NCBI GenBank assembly: GCA_963666835.2
Contig: CAXXGO010000001.1
Coordinates: forward strand, 416,001 to 480,000
Direction of reading: 5' to 3'
Length of the DNA stretch: 64,000 nucleotides
Source of the DNA: Phycisphaerae bacterium
Lineage (GTDB): Bacteria; Planctomycetota; Phycisphaerae; UBA1845
In this document: positions 44,328 to 56,937 of the stretch, piece by piece
How positions within the stretch are numbered: the first letter of the stretch is position 1
Layout of the letters: each line of letters starts with the position of its first letter
Translations under genes and position numbers: made by a program
Notes under the pieces: generated by a model
What the model was told of the DNA's origin: nothing
Seen by the model: the letters and a program-made list of their open reading frames with translations, nothing else
The model's database searches: none

Positions 44328-45575
44328 TCACGCCAACGGACGCGACAGCATCAGGCCCTTACCGGCCCGCTCCCGAACATCGTATTGGCCCGTTCGGTGC
44401 AACTCGTCGAACGCGGCCCGTAGCCAACTAACGTGGCCGCCGCACTCCTGCGCGGCGTAATCGAGCGAAACACAATCATAGCGACTCACCAGCTCCGTGA
44501 GCTGCTCTCGGATCCGGGTCAACTCGCGGGCCAGCCGCGCCGGAGCCAATAGTGGCCAAAACGCCAGGAGCCGATCGTCATTCTCGTCAAGGTGTACGTG
44601 GTCGGCGTGCAGATCCCACAGGCCGATACCCAGCCGCTTATCCCTGAACGCCGAGCCGTGGTCTGCTTGGGTGATGATCTTGACGGCGGGCTCGCTCCAA
44701 CCGGTCGGCGATCCGATCGACACGACGTGGAACCGATCCTCCTTCCCCGCGCGCTTGCGCAGGTCGTCCAATACCGGGTTCAGCTCGACTTCCCCCAGCG
44801 GCTCTCCGTCGTAGCCTTGAGTCTCGAGTACGTCGGTCCGTGCCAGGAACCTCGCCTCCAACACGAGCCCGCCCTTGGGCTTGCCCCATCCGCCGATCCG
44901 GAGCGTGAACCGGCTGATCGTATTCGCCGGGCCGTGCACCGCCCCGCGAGTGCCGGCCTCCATCACGTGCTTTACCCGCGCGAGGCGCAGGGGTACTGCG
45001 AGCCCGGCGAGGGGATCCGGCAGCTCATTCACGTGCTCCAGCCGCTGGGCGAACGCTCGAACGAACGCCTCTTCCGCCAGCTTGGCCTCGTCCGCCGTAA
45101 CCACCGGCCGACCCTCCCGGCGAAGTCGCTCGACCATCGACCCGAGATGAGGGCGGCTCGGCTCGACCGGAACACCATCTACGCCATCGTCGGCATCCGA
45201 TCGGGTGACGGCCGCGGTGGTCTTACCCGCCCCGTGCGCGGCACACCGCCGGATCTTGCGGACGGCCCAGCAAGCCTGGCAGATACTCAACTCGCATAAC
45301 TCGCACTTGCCCGCGATGGAAAACTCGCTCACGAGACTGGCGCCGCAAGCCCCACACCGCCGCCCTTCACCGGAGGTGAGCCCGGTCCGTCTGGTCTGGA
45401 CGGCGAGCTGCTCTTTCTGCCGTTCGAAGTACTCGTCGAGATCCTCTTCGCGAATCCGGTAGATCCGACCGACTTTGCCGGCCGGGATATCGCCGGCGCG
45501 AACCAGGCGGTAGATGGTCTTGTACTCAACCCCCAGCCGGTCAGCAGCTTCTTCAACCGTGAGAAATTTGCCCAT
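44328..45575 (-). CDS. Excisionase-type HTH (HTH_17-like) + Cys/His zinc finger + unknown domain
   Basis: MGKFLTVEEAADRLGVEYKTIYRLVRAGDIPAGKVGRIYRI. CGAC..CELCELSICQACW..CAAH. Confidence 0.8.
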   Translation of the reverse strand: MGKFLTVEEAADRLGVEYKTIYRLVRAGDIPAGKVGRIYRIREEDLDEYFERQKEQLAVQTRRTGLTSGEGRRCGACGASLVSEFSIAGKCELCELSICQACWAVRKIRRCAAHGAGKTTAAVTRSDADDGVDGVPVEPSRPHLGSMVERLRREGRPVVTADEAKLAEEAFVRAFAQRLEHVNELPDPLAGLAVPLRLARVKHVMEAGTRGAVHGPANTISRFTLRIGGWGKPKGGLVLEARFLARTDVLETQGYDGEPLGEVELNPVLDDLRKRAGKEDRFHVVSIGSPTGWSEPAVKIITQADHGSAFRDKRLGIGLWDLHADHVHLDENDDRLLAFWPLLAPARLARELTRIREQLTELVSRYDCVSLDYAAQECGGHVSWLRAAFDELHRTGQYDVRERAGKGLMLSRPLA

Positions 45576-45715
45576 CAGCATCGCTCGGAAAGTGGTCCAG
45601 CATCGGAGCATCCTGGCTCCCAACGCTCCTGAATCATAACGGATTCCCGGGCACCCTACAATACTTTTTTGTACCACAATTACCCCCTATTACCTTCCAT
45701 GTTCCCAGATGACTC

Positions 45716-45744
45716 CGTAAGTCGTTATAAGACCCGGACTTACG
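45716..45744. promoter_or_regulatory. Palindrome CGTAAGTC-N13-GACTTACG upstream of the HTH gene
   Basis: Same arms and spacing as 13773-13801, in an AT-rich intergenic stretch. Confidence 0.6.
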
Positions 45745-45984
45745 AATCCTCGAGTTTCAGCGTTTTTTTGAGGTTTGGTGGCCGGATTCCGGTGGGGCTG
45801 GGGGCAAACCGGCCGGTTGGGGGCCGCCCGGCGGGCGCGACCGCGTCACGTGGGGACAGCTCGGACCGGACCCCGCGGCCGACCCCGGCAAGGCACTCCC
45901 GGGATCCCCAATCCTATGAAGTGCCGACGACTTGGCACCAGAGGTGCAAGAGCGTGGTTCCGCCCTGTCGGGCAGCGTGGGCCG

Positions 45985-47553
45985 TCACATCCCGACTTGG
46001 GCAAGTTCCTCAACGCTCCCTTGCAGCCCGCCGCCGAGCTGAAGACCGGGCGACAGCGGAAACGCGCTGCCGGCCGCGATCGGGACACCGTCGGCCACGA
46101 GGTTGTTCTCGTCGGCTTGGCTCTCTACCCAGAGACGCTCGCCGAGTCGCAGGACCCGCAACTGCCGGCGATCCGCACCGGTCCCGGATACGCGGATCTC
46201 GTTGTCGACACCCGCCCCACAGCCGGCCCAACGGTACACCACTACGTAACGTTCCTCGTTGGTGAGGTTGTCCACCCGCTCGATGAGCAGGGAACGCAAG
46301 CCGAGGCTCTCGGAAATCTGCCACAGAGAGTCGGGCGGGCCCAGCCGGGCGTACCGCTCGGCGGTCACGGCCGCCTCGCCCGCGGCATCGCGGTAGGGAG
46401 TCATCCGCAGCCGCAAGGTCGAGGCCACGTCCACCTCCGCCGGTCTATCCAACGGCAGCTTCACTTCGCCGGTAACGGGTTGCCCGTCCACCCGCGTCCC
46501 GTTCACGGTCTTGCGGTCGGCCAGGTACAGACCGTCGCGCCGCAACGCGATCACGAGGTGCGATTGGCCGATCATCCGAGTCGAGTGATCGTGTTCTTTC
46601 GAACGCGGAACGAGCCGGAGGATTACGTCGTTCTGCTCGCGTTTGCGGCCCATCCGGATCTTGGACTGCCCCAGCAGCAACGTTCGCGTCTCGCCGCCGG
46701 CGCCGTCCCGCAGAATGATCGAGGCCTTGTCGAGCTGCCGCTGAGTCCTGGCCAGCTCGTCGACCAGCCGGATTCCCGCGTCGCGGCGCAGCAGGCTCAC
46801 GCCGTTCCACTGCGCGGGGTAGACCTGCTTGATCAAGTCGTTGACATCGCGGATCTGGCCAGCGGCGACATCTTTGGTCACCTGGTCGCGGACGCTGAGC
46901 CCATAGCCGATGTTGCCCCCGGCGTGCATGCTCGCGTCGATGTTGATCGTCGAGGGGTTCTCGTTTCTGGCCCAGACCTTCAGGAACGGCTGGGCGGTCC
47001 AGACGTGAATCTCGCCGCCGATTCGGAAGCGCAGGGTGATGTCGACCACGTGCTCCCCGGCCAGCTCGGGGACGATCTGAATCCGGTCGTGCCCGTCACG
47101 ATACTCGTTCACGCGAACCACCGGGAACCGGCGCTCGTGCGTCGTGCCCAGCAACTGGCTGGATACCGAGAAAGACACGTCCTCGATGTTCCCCCCGCTG
47201 CGGTTCAGAAGACGAAACTCCAGCGCGCAGGCGTACTTCTCCATGTAGAAGTGGTTGTCGTTGATCTCCAGCTCGATAGGGGGAGTCTCGACGCCAGCTC
47301 CGGGAGTCGCCTCTACCCCGCAGCACGGGTCCCCGGGCTTTCGCGACGCTGCCGGCGCGTCTCCGGGGTCCGGCCGGACGCCCGCTGCCTCCGGTGGGGC
47401 CGGGTCCGTCCGGTCCTCGGCCGTTGCGGGTCCACCGCCTGGTGCGGTACTATCGATTCCGTCGTCCTCGGCCGCCATCAGCTTCTCGCCGCATTCCGTG
47501 CAGAAGCTCGCGGTGTCGTCTTCCGCCGCCGCTCCGCATCTCGGACACTTCAC
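45985..47553 (-). CDS. Zinc ribbon - shared beta-rich domain - FHA domain protein
   Basis: CPRCG..FCTECG. FHA-like RMGRK..ND...IGQSHLVI...DRKTVNGTRVDG. GTG start overlaps the stop of the avd-like ORF. Confidence 0.8.
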   Translation of the reverse strand: MKCPRCGAAAEDDTASFCTECGEKLMAAEDDGIDSTAPGGGPATAEDRTDPAPPEAAGVRPDPGDAPAASRKPGDPCCGVEATPGAGVETPPIELEINDNHFYMEKYACALEFRLLNRSGGNIEDVSFSVSSQLLGTTHERRFPVVRVNEYRDGHDRIQIVPELAGEHVVDITLRFRIGGEIHVWTAQPFLKVWARNENPSTINIDASMHAGGNIGYGLSVRDQVTKDVAAGQIRDVNDLIKQVYPAQWNGVSLLRRDAGIRLVDELARTQRQLDKASIILRDGAGGETRTLLLGQSKIRMGRKREQNDVILRLVPRSKEHDHSTRMIGQSHLVIALRRDGLYLADRKTVNGTRVDGQPVTGEVKLPLDRPAEVDVASTLRLRMTPYRDAAGEAAVTAERYARLGPPDSLWQISESLGLRSLLIERVDNLTNEERYVVVYRWAGCGAGVDNEIRVSGTGADRRQLRVLRLGERLWVESQADENNLVADGVPIAAGSAFPLSPGLQLGGGLQGSVEELAQVGM

Positions 47554-47942
47554 CACCGCGTATCTCCCCTGTATCTCGGGCATGTTGCCCGGTTCTCCCA
47601 ATGCCCCGCCCGGGGCAATGACTGCATGAGCCGGGCGGGATCACAATGTGCATTCGTCTCTTGTGCATTATAGCACGAATGAATCCTCAGCTCGTTGGCC
47701 AGCCGGGTAAGCATCCGGACAACCTGGAGATCGAGATTCGTTCCCGTCAGTAACGCCGCCCGAGTCTCCCTCGGGCTGTACTTGGCGCGAATCAGATCCT
47801 CCAAGACGGTGTACAGACCCTGCTTGAGCCGCGCTCCGATCCCGTAACGGCGACATCGCGGGAACTTCGCCAGCCGATCGATGTACCATCGAACAAGCTC
47901 GCACATACGGTCAATGACGACCAGCTCCTCGTATTTAGCCAT
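47550..47942 (-). pseudogene. avd: 3'-truncated DGR accessory variability determinant (copy 1)
   Basis: ELVVIDR..ELV.W..RLAKFPR..RYGIG.RL...LY..LE.LI.AKY...LL...NL.L...R.L.RLA.EL matches Avd for ~88 aa. The terminal EIG(R/K)xxGGW helix is absent. Confidence 0.8.
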
Positions 47943-47966
47943 TTTCTTCTCCGCTGTGCGCCGCCT

Positions 47967-49508
47967 TCAGCGGCGGCCAGGGGCTCCGCCTCTGGACCCC
48001 GGAAAAAGAGAAGAGGGTGAACTCCCCGCCACAACACGAAACCCGCTGCTGGAGAGGCGGCCGTCCGGCCAGTTCCTGCCGCGATTCGCACAACGGCAGT
48101 TGTGCGCATCGATGCTCCACGAGCCGCCCCGGAGAACACGGCACTGCCCACTACCCGGACCGGTCGGGTCCGTGCCTGGAGAATCCGCATAGTAGGCCTC
48201 TCCATACCAGTCACCGCACCACTCCCAGACGTTGCCGTGCATATCGTACAGGCCCCACGGGTTAGGCTGTTTCATGCCCACCGCGTGCGTCTTCTGCCCG
48301 GAGTGCTTGTGATACCAAGCATGGTCGCCCAAACGTCCCGTCGATTCTACGAACGAATACGGCGTCGTCGTCCCCGCCCGGCACGAGTACTCCCACTCCG
48401 CCTCCGAGGGAAGCCGTATCACACGTCCACTATGATCAGACAATCTCTGGCAGAATTCTCGGCAGTCCTCCCACGATACGTTCTCTACCGGACGATCGTC
48501 GCCCCTGAAATGTGACGGATTGTCGCCCATCACTGCCTGCCACTGAGCCTGCGTCACCTCGTATTTGCCCAGGTAGAACGGCTGGCTTATCCGGATGCGA
48601 TGGGGAGGCTTCTCGTCACGGTCTCCGTTGTTCGAACCCATGACGAACCCGCCCGCCGGAATCAGAACCAAATCCATCGCCAGACCGCTGCCAAGATCCA
48701 GCTTAGTGGGCTCAGGGTCGACAATCGCTTCCTGGATGCGCTTCGTGTACTGGGCAATGTCTGCACCACAGCTTCCACAGTAAGCATGGCCCATCCGATT
48801 CTCTTCACCACACGTGGGACACGTCCTCGTTCCAGCCTCCCGGCCTCCCGCATGGCGACGCAGCAGGCTCACGCGGCTCCACTGCGCGGGGTAGACCCGA
48901 TTGATCAGGTCGTTGACGTCGCGGATCTGGCCAGCAGCGACATCTCTGGATACCTGGTCACTGATCTTGTGTCCGTAACCGATGCTGCCCCCGGCGATCA
49001 TGCTCGCATCAAAGATGATCGTCGAGGGGTTCTCGTTTCTGGCCCACACCTTCAGGAACGGCTGCGCGGTCCAGACGTGGAGCTCGCCGCCGATCCGGTA
49101 GCGCAGCGTAATGTCGACCACGTGCTCCCCGGCTAGATCGGGGACAATCGCAATCCGGTCGTGCCCATCACGGTGTTCCTTCAGCCGGATTACCGGGAAT
49201 CGGCTTTCGTGCGTGATGCCCAACAGCTTGCTGGACACCAAGAAGGACACGTCCTCGATGTTGGCACCGCTGCGATTCAAAAGACGGAACTCCAGCACGC
49301 ACGCGTACATCTCCATGTAGAAGTGATTGTCGTTGATCGCGAGCTCGATCGGGGGAGTCTTGACCCCGGCCCTCGGGTGATGCAAACCCGACTCGTCTTC
49401 GGCCGCGACCAGTCCACCGCTCTCGACCGCCACAAGTTGCGCGCCGCATTCCGCGCAGAAGCTGGCGGTGTCATCTTCCGCCGCCGCTCCGCATTTCGGG
49501 CACTTCAC
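47967..49508 (-). CDS. Zinc ribbon - shared beta-rich domain - zinc ribbon - FGE-sulfatase; DGR target without kinase or TM
   Basis: N-terminal ~200 aa homologous to 45985-47553. FGE end RGGSWSIDAHNCRCANRGRNWPDGRLSSSGFRVV. The ORF reads through the hairpin. Confidence 0.88.
   Translation of the reverse strand: MKCPKCGAAAEDDTASFCAECGAQLVAVESGGLVAAEDESGLHHPRAGVKTPPIELAINDNHFYMEMYACVLEFRLLNRSGANIEDVSFLVSSKLLGITHESRFPVIRLKEHRDGHDRIAIVPDLAGEHVVDITLRYRIGGELHVWTAQPFLKVWARNENPSTIIFDASMIAGGSIGYGHKISDQVSRDVAAGQIRDVNDLINRVYPAQWSRVSLLRRHAGGREAGTRTCPTCGEENRMGHAYCGSCGADIAQYTKRIQEAIVDPEPTKLDLGSGLAMDLVLIPAGGFVMGSNNGDRDEKPPHRIRISQPFYLGKYEVTQAQWQAVMGDNPSHFRGDDRPVENVSWEDCREFCQRLSDHSGRVIRLPSEAEWEYSCRAGTTTPYSFVESTGRLGDHAWYHKHSGQKTHAVGMKQPNPWGLYDMHGNVWEWCGDWYGEAYYADSPGTDPTGPGSGQCRVLRGGSWSIDAHNCRCANRGRNWPDGRLSSSGFRVVAGSSPSSLFPGSRGGAPGRR
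47977..47995 (-). promoter_or_regulatory. DGR-type target hairpin (1 mismatch)
   Basis: CCAGAGGC-GGA-GCCCCTGG. Confidence 0.7.
48045..48116 (-). repeat. DGR variable region core
   Basis: NNC-type variation relative to the sister VRs. Confidence 0.88.
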
Positions 49509-49897
49509 CACCGCATATCTCCCCTGTATCTCAGGCACCTTGCCCGGTTTTCCCAATGCCCCGCCCGGGGCAATGACTGCATGAGCCGGGCGGGATCGCA
49601 ATGTGCGTTCGTCTCTTGTGCATCATAGCACAGGTGAATCCTCAGCTCGTTGGCCAGCCGGGTCAGCATCCGAACAACCTGGAGATCGAGATTCGTTCCC
49701 GTCAGTAACGCCGCCCGAGTCTCCCTCGGGCTATACTTGGCGCGAATCAGATCCTCCAAGACGGTGTATAGACCCTGCTCGAGCCGCGTTCCGATTCCGT
49801 AGCGATGACATCGCGGGAACTTCGCCAACCGATCGATATACCAGCGAACAAGCTCGTATGCACGGTCGATGACGACCAGCTCCTTGTGTTTAGCCAT
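49505..49897 (-). pseudogene. avd: 3'-truncated DGR accessory variability determinant (copy 2)
   Basis: Near-identical to 47550-47942, with the same breakpoint after LANELRIH. Confidence 0.8.
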
Positions 49898-49931
49898 CTT
49901 CTTCTCCGCTGCACGCCGCTTTCAGCGGCGG

Positions 49932-49950
49932 CCAGGGGCTCCGCCTCTGG
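49932..49950 (-). promoter_or_regulatory. DGR-type target hairpin (1 mismatch)
   Basis: CCAGAGGC-GGA-GCCCCTGG followed by CGCCGCT-GAA-AGCGGCG. Confidence 0.72.
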
Positions 49951-49972
49951 ACCCCGGAAAAAGAAAAAAGAG

Positions 49973-52560
<2,588 letters not shown>

Positions 52561-52564
<4 letters not shown>

Positions 52565-52710
52565 GGGTAGTTTCTGCCTTCTGGTCTTTGGCACGACAGT
52601 CGCAAATCGCCTCTGGGACCGCAAGATGTCGAGCGGGCGACACATCCCATCCCGCCGCGACCCAATCGCCACAGGACCTTGTACGGACCGATCTGTTGCG
52701 GGTCAGTCAT
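52561..52710 (-). pseudogene. 49-codon type A kinase leader fragment (copy 3)
   Basis: Same as 31414-31563 with two visible substitutions. ATGA overlap kept. Confidence 0.75.
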
Positions 52711-52756
52711 GCTTTCCACTCGACTTTTCTCCGCCGCACGCCGCCTTCAGCGGCGA

Positions 52757-52775
52757 CCAGGGGCTCCGCCCCTGG
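52757..52775 (-). promoter_or_regulatory. DGR-type target hairpin
   Basis: CCAGGGGC-GGA-GCCCCTGG, perfect stem. Confidence 0.8.
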
Positions 52776-52797
52776 ACCCCGGGAAAAGGGAAAAGAG

Positions 52798-55587
52798 TTA
52801 AGGGGAAAACGGTAAAGTCCCCGCCACAACCCGGAACCCGACGTAGTCGTTGCGGAGGCCCGGCCTGCACCAGCGGCGATTCGCACAACGGCAGTAGCGG
52901 GCGAGGCTGAGCCACGAGCCGCCCCGGAGAACACGGTATTTGCCACTACCAGGTCCGGTCGGATCAGCGCCCGGGGAATCCGCATAATAGTCCTCTCCGC
53001 ACCAATCACCGCACCACTCCCAGACGTTCCCGTGCATGTCATACAAGCCCCACGCGTTGGCTGGGAAACTGCCAACAGACGTGGTCTTCTCGCGGTACAC
53101 ACCCTTTCTTCCTTCACCGTACGGGTGATTCCCGTCATAGTTCACCTGATCCGGCGAGATCGTGCTGCCAAAATGGAACGGGGTCGTCGTCCCCGCCCGG
53201 CACGAGTACTCCCACTCAGCCTCCGTAGGTAAACGGATCGTTCGACCAGCTCTCTCAGACAGCTTCCGGCAGAACTCCTGAATACCGTCCCACGATACCT
53301 GCTCCACCGGAAGATCGTCGCCCTTGAAATGCGACGGATTACTCCCCATCACCGCACGCCACTGCGCCTGCGTTACCTCATGCTTGCCCATGTAAAACGG
53401 TTTGCTGATCCGTACCCGGTGTTGCGGGCCTTCATCGTCGTCGCGTTTCGCCTCTGACGACGGCGAACCCATCAAAAACTCGCCCGACTCGATCAAAACC
53501 AGATCCATCGTCACCCCGCCGCCAAGATCGATCGTTTGCTCACGGAGGGCGAGCCAGGGTTCCAGTTTTCGGCGCAGGTCACCCGCTATTCGATTCTCAC
53601 TGTCGAGTGCCAGAGCTGCGTCGATCTCTGCAACCGCGCGGTTCGCCGCAGCCTTCTCGCTCTCCGAGCGTCGGGCCGTCGGCCCAGCATCGAGATTCAA
53701 CCCGACATCGGCAATGATCTTCCGCGAGGCGGACAGGTGCCCCTCGATCTTGCCAACCGCGGTTTCGGTGATCCTGAGAGCTTCCTCGTACTTGCCGGCC
53801 GCCTGCCCGTACAACTTTCGAGCTCCAACGAAGTCCGTTCCAGCGCCCTGAGCCCGGCGCATCAGCTCCTGGGCATCGTCCAGAGCGGTCGAGGCGAACT
53901 TCCAGCCATCGCCAGTATTCGCTCGATCCTGGGCGGCCAGGGCTTCCCTGCGCGCCGCAGCTATGATGGCTTCACCCTGTTGCCGGGTCTCCTCAATCGC
54001 GAGAGTGAATCGCTCGATCGCCCGCCGGAGCAAACTCGTGGCCTCCACTCGATCGGACGTTTCCATCGCCTGTTCTTCGAGCTTCCTGGCCTGCGCGAAA
54101 CGAACGTGTGCCCACGTTTCGACGTCCAATGCAGCGGCCTCCCCCTTGGCCGACTCAAGCTCCTCTTGAGCCTGCCGAAACGCCTCTATCTCCGACTTGA
54201 TCCTCCGTGCGGCCTGCTCGGCTTCGCCGAAGACCCGGCTCGCCTCATCGTACTTGGCGACGGCATCGCCAAAGGAAGTCAGAGTGTCGTGGGCTTCGCC
54301 CTCGGCCAGGAGTTTTTCGGCGTTGGAGAGCACATCGGGTGTGTGAACCTGCGCATCGGCAGCTCGCGCCGCTTGCCGAGCGGCAAGAGCAGCGATCCGC
54401 GCACGGCTGGCTTGATCCGCCGTGGCCGTGGTGGTTTCCTCGGTGGCGGGAGGTTTGTCTTGGATATCCGGTGGTCGTACCGTCGATTGACGATCCGGTG
54501 TGCTACGCGGTGGATCCTGCTGTTGGACAACTCGGGCATTCGATGGTGGCGCAGGAGTACTCGACCCAACACCCGAGATCGCCCAGACCCCGACGGCGGC
54601 CAGTACGATCACCACCGCAAGAGCCAGCATCCGGCGGCGGCCGCTACGGCCGACCGCGCGGAGATCTTGCAGCAGTGCCGCTGCCGAGGCGTAACGGCTG
54701 GACGGCTGTCGGTCCAGGCATCGTGCCACGACCGTGTCCCATTGCTTCGATACCCCCCGGACAAGCTGCGACGGAGGTTTGGCCATCCCGGCAGGTCTTT
54801 CCCCCGTCACGAGTCGGTACGCGACCACTCCAAACGAGTAGATGTCCGTCCGTTGGTCGATTTCGCCCGTGCCCTCGCCACGCTGCTCCGGAGACATGTA
54901 GTCGTATGTACCCAGGATGCTCGACGCGCTGCTCGTGCGGCGGTTGCCGCTCCCACCCTCGGGGATGGTGGCCGCGGCGTCCAGGGTGTCCAACGCGCCG
55001 TCCGGTGACGGCGAACCGAGCGTCGGCCGGCTGCCCAGGGAGTGCTGCATCGTCGAGTGAATCTGCGATAGGATAAACTCGCTGCCGATGGCCTTGGCTA
55101 AGCCGAAGTCGGTCAGCTTCGCATCGCCGGTGGAGTCGATCAGGATGTTGGCCGGCTTGAGGTCGCGATGGATCACGCCCCGCTCGTGGGCGTACTGCAA
55201 CGCCTCGGCGATCTGGATAGACCACTTGCGGACCTTCGCCTCCGGCAGGCGGCCGTCCGGTTGCTGCTTGAGGTATTCGTGCAGGCTCAGCGGCTTGCCC
55301 TCCGGACCGGTCACGTAGTCCATGACCAGAAAATAGACCCCCTCGGCCTGGCTCATTTGGTGGACCTGGACGATGTGCGGGTGATGCAGGTCGGCCATCA
55401 CCCGGGCCTCGTCGTAGAAACGGGCCACGAACCCCTTATTCTGCGCCAGCCCGGCCGGCAGGATCTTCAGCGCATACTTCTTGCGTAGGTGGACGTGCTC
55501 GGCCAGATAAACCTCGCCCATCCCACCCGCGCCGATAGGCTCCACGATCCGATAGTCGCCGAGTTGTCTGTCGATGAACGTTCCCAT
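52798..55587 (-). CDS. Ser/Thr kinase (type B) - TM - distinct helical stalk - FGE-sulfatase; DGR target
   Basis: MGTFIDRQLGDY start, kinase motifs, FGE end RGGSWLSLARYCRCANRRWCRPGLRNDYVGFRVV. Confidence 0.93.
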   Translation of the reverse strand: MGTFIDRQLGDYRIVEPIGAGGMGEVYLAEHVHLRKKYALKILPAGLAQNKGFVARFYDEARVMADLHHPHIVQVHQMSQAEGVYFLVMDYVTGPEGKPLSLHEYLKQQPDGRLPEAKVRKWSIQIAEALQYAHERGVIHRDLKPANILIDSTGDAKLTDFGLAKAIGSEFILSQIHSTMQHSLGSRPTLGSPSPDGALDTLDAAATIPEGGSGNRRTSSASSILGTYDYMSPEQRGEGTGEIDQRTDIYSFGVVAYRLVTGERPAGMAKPPSQLVRGVSKQWDTVVARCLDRQPSSRYASAAALLQDLRAVGRSGRRRMLALAVVIVLAAVGVWAISGVGSSTPAPPSNARVVQQQDPPRSTPDRQSTVRPPDIQDKPPATEETTTATADQASRARIAALAARQAARAADAQVHTPDVLSNAEKLLAEGEAHDTLTSFGDAVAKYDEASRVFGEAEQAARRIKSEIEAFRQAQEELESAKGEAAALDVETWAHVRFAQARKLEEQAMETSDRVEATSLLRRAIERFTLAIEETRQQGEAIIAAARREALAAQDRANTGDGWKFASTALDDAQELMRRAQGAGTDFVGARKLYGQAAGKYEEALRITETAVGKIEGHLSASRKIIADVGLNLDAGPTARRSESEKAAANRAVAEIDAALALDSENRIAGDLRRKLEPWLALREQTIDLGGGVTMDLVLIESGEFLMGSPSSEAKRDDDEGPQHRVRISKPFYMGKHEVTQAQWRAVMGSNPSHFKGDDLPVEQVSWDGIQEFCRKLSERAGRTIRLPTEAEWEYSCRAGTTTPFHFGSTISPDQVNYDGNHPYGEGRKGVYREKTTSVGSFPANAWGLYDMHGNVWEWCGDWCGEDYYADSPGADPTGPGSGKYRVLRGGSWLSLARYCRCANRRWCRPGLRNDYVGFRVVAGTLPFSP
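52840..52911 (-). repeat. DGR variable region core
   Basis: NNC-type variation relative to the sister VRs. Confidence 0.9.
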
Positions 55588-55921
55588 CCGGAACTCTCTA
55601 TCTTAACGATGGTGCGAGGACGAATGCTGCGATCACGCTCCGCCGGGTCTTGCGATCCGGCAGTCCGGTGGTCCCGCCCGCCATGAAGCTGGGCAACGCC
55701 ACCCGATCATGCCCAATCATGGCAGATTCCGCTGCCAATGTAAACCGAAGTACTGGACGTGCGGGGTCATTGATGGTCGTCGATGGGCAGCGTCGGACGA
55801 ACAGGTGGTTGGTATGGCCTCCTGGATACGGTTGGTATCATCGCGTCGATCAAGCTGGGGGCGGTGGAGATACGCTGGTCCGCCGATGGTGGAGCAGAAT
55901 AGCGAGAGAGCGAGTAGGTAG

Positions 55922-56728
55922 ATGCCAGAGAAACCCACCACGCCGCCAACCGCACCCACGGGCTCCGCTTGTCTACCGGTGGAAGACACGGGCAACCGTT
56001 GCGTGCAGTGCGGATACAACCTGACCGGCCTCACCACGGACACCTGCCCCGAATGCGGTTGGCAGATCGACTGGAAGTTGGCCCAGGGGGGAGTGGACGG
56101 TCGGCGAGTAGGCACGCTCGCCCATCGGGCCCGCGGCTGGCGAAAGGTCGACCAGACACTGCTGACGGTTCTGGAGATGCTGTTCACTCCGTGGCGCTTC
56201 GCCCGGCAAGTGCGCAGCGACGAGGCGATCTGGCCAAGCCTGATCGTGGCGACGCTGTGTTACCTGAGCATGATCCTCCCGGACGTGAGCGGTTGGAAGG
56301 ACCTGCTTCCCGAGATTCTGAACTACCTGCCGCCGATATCCGCAGTCATCCTGGGGCAGTCGTTGGTCTTCGCGACCATGTGCTCTAGACCCTCGGCGGA
56401 TTGGCCTCGTTGGTATGCCCGGTTCCGCCTTTGGCTGATCGTTTCGTTCTACTCGACCTGCTTCGTGGCGAGCTGGAGGTCCGTCGGCGAGCCCCCCTTG
56501 GTCTCTTCGCCGTTCTCGACGAACTTCGCTTGGCCGTTGGACTCGACCGGTCTGGTTTGGCGGGAGCTGGGCGTGACGGTCATCTTCTATTGGTGGTGGA
56601 TCATCCTGGCGGCGGTATTGATCATCCGCAACCGCCCCCGATGGCTGGCCGGACTCTTGATCCCGCTCGTTTTCCTGTTCGCCTGGTTGGGGTACGCCGT
56701 CGGCGAGCGTACGGTGGAGATCTTCTAG
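55922..56728 (+). CDS. Zinc-ribbon membrane protein
   Basis: CVQCGYNLTGL..CPECG plus several TM helices. Same N-terminal motif as the genes at 10841 and 11833. Confidence 0.78.
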   Translation: MPEKPTTPPTAPTGSACLPVEDTGNRCVQCGYNLTGLTTDTCPECGWQIDWKLAQGGVDGRRVGTLAHRARGWRKVDQTLLTVLEMLFTPWRFARQVRSDEAIWPSLIVATLCYLSMILPDVSGWKDLLPEILNYLPPISAVILGQSLVFATMCSRPSADWPRWYARFRLWLIVSFYSTCFVASWRSVGEPPLVSSPFSTNFAWPLDSTGLVWRELGVTVIFYWWWIILAAVLIIRNRPRWLAGLLIPLVFLFAWLGYAVGERTVEIF

Positions 56729-56890
56729 CCGAGCACGCCCACACCCCGCAGGAGCTACGGGCAGTAGTTCGCCAACCGGCGATGCCCCGCCGATACGGCC
56801 GTGACGGGAGCTACGCCGACCGGGAGTTGGTCCGTGGACGAGGCGGAACATCCTTGCGTTTGCAGCGTGCGCGCCCATGCATACCCCGCG

Positions 56891-56937
56891 TGCACGCTCA
56901 ATCGCCTGTGGTAGCGGGAGTTACGTCGATCGTGCAT
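56891..56937 (+). repeat. 47-bp motif copy at the right edge of the cargo
   Basis: Imperfect direct repeat of 21886-21932. Confidence 0.7.

Noticed and set aside
44328..45575. Excisionase of a nested mobile element
   Set aside because: The HTH is fused to ~350 further residues and there is no adjacent integrase or att site.
45775..47673. Long opposite-strand ORFs (e.g. 45775-47673, 5846-7732, 16941-18671, 53536-55008)
   Set aside because: Shadow frames of motif-bearing genes, expected in high-GC DNA.
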